A stretch of DNA of 63,589 nt, filler included, from Intoshia linei (lineage: Eukaryota; Animalia; Orthonectida): the NCBI GenBank assembly GCA_001642005.1. It is 7 parts of 7 records of this genome, joined end to end, with 100 filler letters (N's around TTAATTAATTAA, not from the genome) between each part and the next. Parts side by side here need not be neighbours in the genome. Positions count along the whole stretch, not along the records: positions 48,921 to 61,056 come from LWCA01001145.1; positions 61,157 to 62,328 come from LWCA01002748.1; positions 62,429 to 63,589 come from LWCA01002757.1; 4 more parts are not named here. The stretch is one strand, 5' to 3'. Positions 54,136 through 63,589 of the stretch are shown here, one piece after another. The stretch's first letter is position 1; each line of letters begins with the position of its first letter. Below the pieces are notes generated by a model. The model saw nothing but the letters and a program-made list of their open reading frames with translations, made no database searches and was not told where the DNA came from. The position numbers and the translations under genes are program-made.

Positions 54136-56000
54136 CTGTACAGAAATGTACTGTATAATTAATTAACCCTTAGACACTTTGATTGTTTTTTTACATGAAA
54201 TTATACAAAAGCTGATTAACTAAATGTCAAAAATTTAAATACAAAATTAAGAATAAACTAGCTACATAATAAACACGCCTCTATCAAAAAGAGTGGTTCC
54301 ATAACAAAAAGTATGTAATAAAATGTTGACACTTTAATTTCACTAGACAACAACAAGTAACTTTTTGGTTTACTTATATAAAGTGGCCAGATATACGTAT
54401 TTTAAACTTAAAAAAATACGTACTCGATAATTTCTATGTAAACGTAAAAATTTTACTGTATAAATAAATATGAATTTTAAATTCAAATCGACTAAGATTT
54501 TAAATTTAATTTAATTTTAGTTTTTAAGTAACTAGTACGTATTTAGTACATTAAAAATCTGGCTACTTTTACTTATGGGGTCTGACCATTTAAGTTAAAA
54601 GTGTAACGTCTCCGGAGCAGAACGACATAATTCACGATATTTGGTTGAATCGTTAACGTGTAGTAATTAACCAATTATCATTTTCATTTTCCATAGAAAC
54701 AATAAACACAATCATTTAAATCGGCTATTTTTGTACTTTAATTTATGTATTTTATTAAAAAATTAATGTTATTAAACTTTGAGTAATAATTGTGAATAAG
54801 AAGAAATTTTATTTTATAATGTAAATAATTTTTATTGTAATTAGACAAATATTATATTTTTAGCTTACTTATTCTAATGATTACATACATGTAAAATTAG
54901 TGTTAAATATGGATATTTGCATGTATAGATTATTATCAAGTTAAATCAATTAATTACATTAATATTAATTCAAAGAACACTAATCAATTAAATTTTTTTT
55001 ATTTGTAAGTTCCAAATATATACAGAAATCATATTTAATAGACGTAATTTGTTATAGCGGTTTCATATGCATGCTGGTGAAATCTTTATCCACGTTTATC
55101 TGACCAGAAACAACAATTTAAAGAAAAATTATTATGAGATTTTAAAAAATGCATTTTAGGACTGTAAAGCCCATCTTTTGATAAGATTCCATAAATCCAT
55201 CAATTAAATTAAAACAATTAATATTTATTAGATCACATGTATGCATTTTAAAGCGAATATTATTTATGTAAACAATATTCAATTTATAATATAATTTTAT
55301 TTTTAATTGCCTAATTAAGCAAATTTGACGATCTCAAATGAGATAATCAGATACATCATTCTAATCTAAATGTAATGGCGCACTATCAAAAAATCGTAAA
55401 TGAAAAAATCTTAAAAATATACTAATATTAGAATTTATAATTGAATTGGATAAAAAAATATTCTCTGGTTAAACACCATAAAATATTTCTAATTTTTTTG
55501 TAATATGGTTTGTAGGTATATGATATTTTAATATTTCATTTTTAACTTGGGTCTGTAGATCTACGATCAAATATTATCATATATTAAAATTAATATTCAC
55601 TACGATTATAAAATACAATCTTTTGATTTACGAACAAGAAACTACGATCATTTTATTTTACGATCATTTATAATATCATCATCATATATAAAATAACATC
55701 CAAATAATTCAATTTAAGATTTGTAAACTATAGTTTTATTTTTAATTGCTTAATTAAGCAAAATTGACAATTTCAATTGAGATAATGAGATACATCATTC
55801 TGCTCCAAATTTAATATACTACCTTTTTTAATAGTCATATTTTATAAGTAAAATTATGTGTTGTCTAATGTTATACGATTACGAACTTAAGTTTTAAATC
55901 ACGTTGAGATTTACAATTTTCGGCTTGTAAATCTTAGTGATAAGACTGAATTTAATTTAAGTCAAATTAACACAAATTTTACGTGAAACCGATTATATTT

Positions 56001-56924
56001 AAGACTACATATGTAGTCATCCATGTTTCATATTGTACCTCGAAAAATACTTGATGAATGGAACAAGTAGAATATTTTTCTTATAGCCAAGAATATACTA
56101 TATCTTTAGACACCTTAAATTATAATGGTTAATTAAACTTATAAGGTAAAAAATATAAAAAATTTGATCATATTATTCAACCCCATATCGTAAAAGAATA
56201 TAATCACGGAATGGGTGGCGTTGATATATTTGACAGAGCGGCTTTAGATTATCGACTCTTGATTAGAGCTAAGAAGTGATATTTATCCCTAATGATCCAT
56301 GGCATTAATGCTCTAATGATTTACGCATGGCGTATGTACCAAATGATTCATCAATGTAAAATGCCTTAATTACAATTTCGAAGAAGCGTAGTTCTTGCTG
56401 CAATTACTACATCATTTTCTCGTATAACTACAGGGCCTCAGTTAACAGTATCGACTTCATCTCGATTTGATGCAGTCGACCATGTACCTATTAGTATTCA
56501 ACCAAGAAAGTGTATTCTGTGTAAAAATAATCGTCACATAAAATGCAATAAATGCCAAAAAGCCTTACACTTTAATACTTGTTTTCAAAATTATTATTCA
56601 GAATTTGAATAATAAAATTTTATTTTAATGCTTTTGACTGTAATAATTTAATTTTGTTAATTACATTTCGAAAAAGTTAAAATAATCAAATAATTTTTCA
56701 TCCAATCAAATCATCAAATTAATTTTGTCGTTACAAATATTGAATATAAACTTCTGTAAATAGCTGTTGCTATTGACACTTAGTCCTATTGGTTAAATTT
56801 TAATACTGAGTCATAATGAATATCAAGATATATATAACTAAAGTCATTTACTGAATTATCAACATATTTTTGACTTATTAATGTTGTTTTCTGGTTAGCG
56901 GCCAATGACTACATATGTAGTCAT
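56001..56924 (+). mobile_element. piggyBac transposase C-terminal remnant
   Basis: Frame 56163-56612 reads YNHGMGGVDIFD..KK*Y..AWRMY..RFDAVDHVP..CILC..CNKCQKALH..CFQNYY, with two internal stops. Palindrome GACTACATATGTAGTC lies on both sides. Confidence 0.85.
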
Positions 56925-57300
56925 TCCCAGTTTACCCAGTTCTAGTATCTCAAAACCTTAGAAATTTTACACATATTTATTATTTGATAATGTGTATTGT
57001 CTCAGAAACTGTCTGTCAGTTTCAAGAATAGCTGAGCAAATTTAGATATTTTTTTACATGAACTTTTTATTGAATATCGTATTGAACAATAATTTGTAAA
57101 TTTGTAATTCTCGAATCTATGATAACTAATTATCAAAAGTAAATCATCAATAAAAATAACAATTGTTAGTATAAATATCGAAATTTTAAGTGTATTAGAT
57201 TTGAATTTAAATGATTAAATATTCATATTATAAAAACAACAAAAAGTAACCTAAATTATACTAACCGAAAAATAATATAAATTTATTTAACTTTATTAAA

Positions 57301-57310
57301 TTTTAGCGCC
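57301..57310 (+). promoter_or_regulatory. Possible E2F/CDE-like site upstream of the CDK1-like gene
   Basis: TTTTAGCGCC ~50 bp before the ATG; short motif that could be chance. Confidence 0.25.
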
Positions 57311-57357
57311 ATTATATATATTGCAATTTTAAAAGATTTAAGCTTTTATAGTAAAAA

Positions 57358-59286
57358 ATGGACGAACCAATAACTTGTATTGTAGATGAAAATTTTAACA
57401 GTATCAATCATTACAAAAAGGTCTATAAAATTGGAGAAGGTATACATTTAAATGGCATAATATAAATCGTAAACATCATAGGAACATATGGAATTGTGTA
57501 TAAAAGCAAGTTTCTTTTAACAGGTAATATGGTTACATTAAAAAAAGTTTGCTTGGATGGAAACGACGAAGGTGTTCCAGCTACAACAATACGTGAAACT
57601 GCAGCATTGCGGGAGTTGAAGCATCGGAATGTTGTGTCGTATGTTTAAATTTTTCGTTTATTACCCTATTTTTTGTAGTATGCTTGATTTTATTCTTTAA
57701 CGGAATGGATTGTATTTAGTGTTTGAGTATATGGATATGGATTTAAGAAAATATCTTGATTTGCTACCTAAGCAGATAACCATTCTACCTTCCCTTCTAA
57801 AGGTTTTTTTGCTTTTCATTGATTATTTACAAAGTTTATAATTACATTTATAATTTTAGTATTATAATTATAAAAGAAAACGAAATATTAAAAATTGCCG
57901 ATTTTGGATTGGCTCGAACAATTAATATACTTGTCAGGCGTTATACTCATGAGGTTTATATATTCCGCAGAAATCTATAATTTTTGGGTTGTTACTTTAT
58001 GGTACAGAGCTCCAGAAATTTTACTTGGTTGTAGTAGATATTCCTTAGCAGTCGATATTTGGAGTATTGGTTGTATATTTGCTGAAATATCTACCAGAAG
58101 ATCTTTATTCCGCGGCGATTCAGAAATTGATCAATTATTTCGCATGTTTAGGTGAGTAATTTATTTTGTTTGTTTTACTTATACATAATGTATATAAAAA
58201 TAAATATATTGTATCTGTATTACCGTTTAATTAAAAGTTTAAGAGTCGTAGAATTTAAAAAAAAGCCATTTTCTAATACAGTTTTTCTAGGGTGATGTAA
58301 TTTCATACTTAGAAATTGAGATTTTGAGTGTCAAAAAACCAAACGTACTTTTTTTAAAAATTAATAAAGTCCTATAACGGTCACACTTTATCGTTTTATT
58401 TTGATTTTTTATAAGTAGTTTCATTTATTTTGCTTGTTTTTTATTTTTAAATTTATATAAAAAACATTAAAAAAAATTATTTATCATCAAATTTTATACT
58501 AGATGCTTTGTTTAGAGTGGTGTTGCCCAACATTTTTAAACATTCCGACATTTTGTAAACTAAATTGAATTTAATGGTTGTATAAATCAATCTAATTGAT
58601 TAAACAAAATGAAAAGAAAACGTGTTTTTGAATTTCTTTGTCATAGTTGGTAAAAGCGGATTTTTATTAAAAATGGTTGGATTTAAGTATTTCTATTTTT
58701 TTTGGATAGACGCCTTATATAAAATCATTCGATCTTGAAAATTTTGAAAGGTTCATACAATTTTACTTTTTCTAGAATTTGGTTATTCATGATTGTTTAG
58801 GGTTGTAACTACATTGTTGTATTATTAATTTATTTAAAAATAAATACTCATATTATATATTAAATAAAAAAAATTCCTTGTTAAACTTTCAAGTCGGCCC
58901 TCGGCATACCTTAGCTGTTGTTTTTACTGTTTGTATAGTCAAGCTAGTTATTAATGCGTTTCATGTATTTTTTATTTAGAGCCTTAAAAAAACCGACTGA
59001 CGAAGAATGGCCAGAAATGCGACGTAGTAAAAATTACACTCACCTTTTCCCGGGATATGCTGGAATACCATTTGCGTCAAGAGTTCCAGACATGGAACCT
59101 GAAGCCATAGATTTATTATTTGTTTGATTATCTTTTTAGTTTCTTATATTAAATTAGAAAACTCATATTTTTGATCCTTCTAAAAGAATTACTGCCAAGG
59201 AAGCCCTAATTGATATTTATTTCGAAAATTTTGACACTATTAATTTGCCTATTGTTGACTTTTCTATTCTTGTATATGATGATTAA
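57358..59286 (+). pseudogene. CDK1/Cdc2-like kinase pseudogene (introns retained)
   Basis: Retains [43 protein letters not shown] and [10 protein letters not shown]. Has an in-frame TAA at 57698-57700, lacks the HRDLKPQN segment, and has GG instead of AG at the acceptor 57986-57987. Confidence 0.8.
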
Positions 59287-59977
59287 TCTCAAATATATAT
59301 TTATAATGGTTTATTTTTTTTAAATGTTTTTATATGTAATGTCAATGACATTATGTCATTAATGAAACCATTTTAAAATTATTTACTTTAAAACCACTGA
59401 AGTTTAACAATTGTATATTGTTTATACTAACCGTCAATCAAATTATAAAATTTTTGAAAAATTGCACCCTAATGGTCAGAGTCCCAAATTATACACAAAA
59501 AAATTTAAAAAGTGTATATTAGGATAGTGTTACAATAAATTATATGTAGATTATAACGAATAAAAGTGACAAGTAAACCATATTTTACTATATATTAATA
59601 AAAAGTTAATTAAAATNTTTCTATTCTTGTATATGATGATTAATCTCAAATATATATTTATAATGGTTTATATTTTTTTTAAATGTTTTTATATGTAATG
59701 TCAATGACATTATGTCATTAATGAAACCATTTCAAAATTATATACCCTAAAACCACTGAAATTTAACCATTGTATATTGTTAATGCTAACCGTCAATCAA
59801 ATTATAAAATTTTCGAAAAAGTGCACCCTAATGCTCAGAGACATAAATTATGGAAAAAAAAATTTAAAAAATTTATATCAGGATATGTTACAATAAATTA
59901 GATGTAGATTATAACGGATATAAGTGACAAGTAAACCATATTTTATTTACATATGTTAATAACAAGTTAATTAAAAT
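59261..59977. repeat. Two diverged ~357-bp direct copies separated by a single N
   Basis: 59261-59616 vs 59618-59977. Confidence 0.85.
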
Positions 59978-60409
59978 AATACATCCTAAATAATTTAATA
60001 AATGACAAAAATTACATTACATTATAAAAAATGTAGTTTTATTGGTGAAATTATGAGGGAAAGTGACGTGTAGTTTTATTTTAAGCTTAGTCAATAAATT
60101 TAAGCTAATCCGATATAAACAAATATATCTAAAATTTAATTTAATATTTATTTATCAACAATTTTTTTCCAGAAAAGTATCAAAATTTATAAAATAATTT
60201 GATAAATAACCAACAAGGTAATTTTAACGTTTATGGTTAATGTGCAGTACTATGATTAATTACATGTCACTACATGTAAAAAAATTTTTTTAATTGGTCA
60301 ATTCTCACAGATTGCAATGAGTAAATGATGACCATTACATATAAATTTAAATTATTGGCACTGTACCTTGAAACGGCATGATAATTTGCAATATTTGAAT
60401 TATTTTTAG

Positions 60410-60754
60410 ATGACTTCTATGCACGAATTTAAACAAATTGATATTAAAGACATTGAAAGAGTAAGTACCACGTGGGATCTTTTGGATAATAAAGAAAGTG
60501 CAATAAGATTTTATAAACATTTGTTTACAATATATCCGCAAACAAAAAAAATGTTTGTAAAATTTCACAATGCAAAAGTTGATTCTTTGGGAACAAATGC
60601 TCAGGCACTTAAAATTGCTAAGGCCATGTGGGGTTCAGCAAGTCATATCATTATTAGTGTCAGTGAAGGTAATTTAAAGGAAATTTACAAGAGCATTGAT
60701 TATTTAATCAAAATTCACGTCAATGTTCCCAAGTTTAGTCCAACAATGTTTGAG
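60410..60754 (+). CDS. Globin, exon covering helices A-G (last exon presumably in the gap)
   Basis: RVSTTWDLL, FYKHLFTIYPQTKKMF (CD1 Phe), proximal His in LIKIHVNV, and a phase-0 GT donor at the canonical G7 position. Confidence 0.85.
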
Positions 60755-62428
60755 GTAATTTTTACAATTTGTATGTATTTGGTAATTTCATATTTATAAT
60801 TTGTTTAGGTGTCTGATTGTAAATTACACAAAATTCTAACTTGCATCATGTAAAAGTTGTTAAAAATATGTATTAACATGTAAATATTTATTTTTCTAAA
60901 AGTTAAAAAAATAATTATTTTCATGTGGTTTAATCCAATTAATTACATGTATCTACTAAAATTTTTACTTCAAAACTTACGTATTCAGTACGTAGCCATC
61001 TTAGTCTCCTAAATTGATTGCTATACAATTTTTAAGTTTGAATTGTACATTAGTTTNNNNNNNNNNNNNNNNNNNNNNNNNNNNNNNNNNNNNNNNNNNN
61101 TTAATTAATTAANNNNNNNNNNNNNNNNNNNNNNNNNNNNNNNNNNNNNNNNNNNNTTTTTTTTTTAATTTTCGGACAGTTAATTATTTCACATTATTGA
61201 TTTAATAAAATAATTATGAAAAAAAATATATAAATACTAAAATGCTTTTTGACCGTGAAGACGTCACTTATTCAGATTGAATTTTTTTGTGTATATTAAC
61301 AAGATACAACTCTACCACCTGTAAATTTTTTTAAATTCTAGGGCCGTTTTAAGTTACGTTAAAAAAAAATAAATAATTTGTGGTTTTGACCCTGAAGAAA
61401 TTTTATAACTCTATCAACTGGAATAAGTTATATAAAAAAAATCATCTTGTTAAATTTTTGAAAATTTAATTATATCATATTTATTGTGTCAATAAAATAG
61501 TACTAACAAGTAAATATGAATTATGGAAGACCAAAGTGCTTTTTTGACCGTGAACGCGTCACTTTATGAGATTGCAATTTTTTATTGTGTTAACTGGATA
61601 TAACTGTATGAGCTGTAATTTTTTTTTAATTCTAGGACTCTTTTTATTTTTGCAATTCTAGAGCTGATTTTATTATAAAGTAAAATGGGTTTTACCCTGA
61701 AGGACTTAATTTCTGAAATTGAAGCTTGCATAATAACATTACCCTCGAAAGACTGTATTAGAAACTTGTTTGGATTAAATTCTAGAACTGTTAATTGTTT
61801 AAATAAAGTGTAACACACACTAAACTATAGCGAATAAAGGGATACCAGAATACAGCATCTCAGAGTTCCATTGCTTTTGAATGATTTATTAAATATACCA
61901 ATTTTTGAACGATCAGAATGTTAGTTTTTTTAATTTTCATTGAATTTTCAAGGTTACGTTACAACATATACGAAGGCTACCTTTCTAATTTCATATAAAT
62001 TATATATTTTTAAAAGACTTTAATTTTAATTAAAATTTATAGCATATCGCAGGGAGTTATACAGTCGATAGGATTTGCTAGCGTAGTTGTTATTGGAATA
62101 ATTAATTCATCGTTGTTTTGTTTAAAAAAGGAAAATATTGCCAAGTGTAATAATTATTAGTAGTCTGATGACTAGAGTCGACATTTTATAGCACTAAAAA
62201 TTTGATGATAATGCTAATTTTATTGACTTTATACAATTGTGAGCCTGTAATTTTGTACGCAATTATAAATGCTCGAAAGTAGTTTTTAAGTCAATAAGTT
62301 GCGTTGATAGTGCTATTTTTTTCATTTTNNNNNNNNNNNNNNNNNNNNNNNNNNNNNNNNNNNNNNNNNNNNTTAATTAATTAANNNNNNNNNNNNNNNN
62401 NNNNNNNNNNNNNNNNNNNNNNNNNNNN

Positions 62429-63560
62429 TTAAAGGCACCACTACTAACAACTCAACCTCCCTTCGATACATTAAAATGTTATCCTTCAACACCAATCTTT
62501 TTCGCACACTCCACGATTCCCCCTTTTCCACCTCATTAACAATTGTAGGACGACCCCTATTCGTATAATTAATAATTTTCCTACAAGCCAAATCCTTCTT
62601 TTCACTCTTCACAATTTGCAAAACATCTTTACCTCCTGTTATCACAAACATTCTAGACAGTGCATCAGCAGACCCATTCAATTTCCCTGGTCTATATTGC
62701 ATCTCATTAACATACATCTCCAATGATTGCATCCACCTCCTTTTCATACCTGATAATTTCTCAGATTACCCAACATCACCAATGGATTATGATCTGTGAT
62801 AATTGTAAATTTCCTTCCATACAAATATTTATGAAATTTTTTCACCGACAATAAAATGGCCAAAAATTCTTTATCCACCACCCCATAATTCACCTAATGC
62901 TTAATAAACATTTTACTTGCATACATCACCGCTTTACCCTCCTGAAATAAGGTAGCACCCAACCTTGTATCTGAAGCATCCGTCTCCAATACAAATAGTA
63001 AGTCCCAATTTACATGTGAAATAATTGGCGCCTCACACAACTTAACCTTCAATTTATTAAAAGCATTGTTACAAACATCATTCCAACACCATGTAACACC
63101 TTTCCTTGTCAACATTTTTAGGGGAGTTGTCTTAGTATCAAAATTGTTAATTAATTTCCTATATTAAGAACAAAAACCCTCTCACCCTTTTTACACTATC
63201 AGGCACCGGCCAATCAGTAACAACCTTAAACTTATTTTTATCTGTCGACACATCATTCTCGTTTATCACATGACCAATATAATTAATTTCCTTCATCCCC
63301 ACACAACATTTTGAAGGATTCACCGTCAACCCATATTTACGCAATCTGTCAACACCTTAACTAAATGCTTCTTATGATCCTCCAAATTATTTGAAAATAT
63401 AATAATATCATCCAAATAAGCAACTGCAAATCCTATACCACCCAACACCTTGTCACTTAATCTTTGACACGTCGCTGGCCCGTTACTCAAACCAAAGATC
63501 ACAAAATACATCACCAAACTGATTTACCACATGACAAAATTTATTAGACACACTAGCTAA
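62429..63560 (-). mobile_element. Ty3/Gypsy pol remnant (RT-RNase H)
   Basis: FGLSNGPATCQR, AYLDDIII, YIGHVI, FVLETDASDTRLGATL and YRPGKLNGSADALSR, with frameshifts. Confidence 0.9.
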
Positions 63561-63589
63561 TTTTTCACTCACCTTACCAATTTTTGACC

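Noticed and set aside
57698-57700. TAA reassigned to Gln: in-frame TAAs at plausible Gln positions in the CDK, globin copy, piggyBac and the 11.7-kb frame
   Set aside because: TIM21, CWC15, EIF3J and SUCLG2 all end at TAA at their expected C-termini and have no internal TAA. The CDK, globin copy and piggyBac also carry other lesions. CAA>TAA decay explains it.

Overview
Very AT-rich eukaryotic (animal-like) genomic window. It has tiny GT-AG introns (many 34-61 bp) and six artificial 100-bp gaps (44 N + TTAATTAATTAA + 44 N), so it is a chain of seven contigs. The compact introns and gene set suggest a reduced metazoan such as an orthonectid (inference only). Host genes rebuilt by hand-splicing: TIM21, CWC15, a mucolipin/TRPML-like gene with no visible pore exons, a ~1713-aa six-exon gene ending in a very divergent Shroom ASD2/SD2-like domain, eIF3j, MRPL30, a tandem DUF1330-like protein, SUCLG2, a CDK1-like pseudogene, and a globin with an unusual distal pocket plus a truncated pseudogene copy. 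The rest is transposon debris: Ty3/Gypsy, Sola2-like, hAT (Buster-type and others), piggyBac, Tc1/mariner and a Helitron-like family. The most notable element is a ~190-200-bp TG...CA LTR-like repeat, present in three copies (one with a perfect 5-bp TSD). It carries an internal tRNA-derived Pol III unit (A box, B box, closing stem, T5 terminator).
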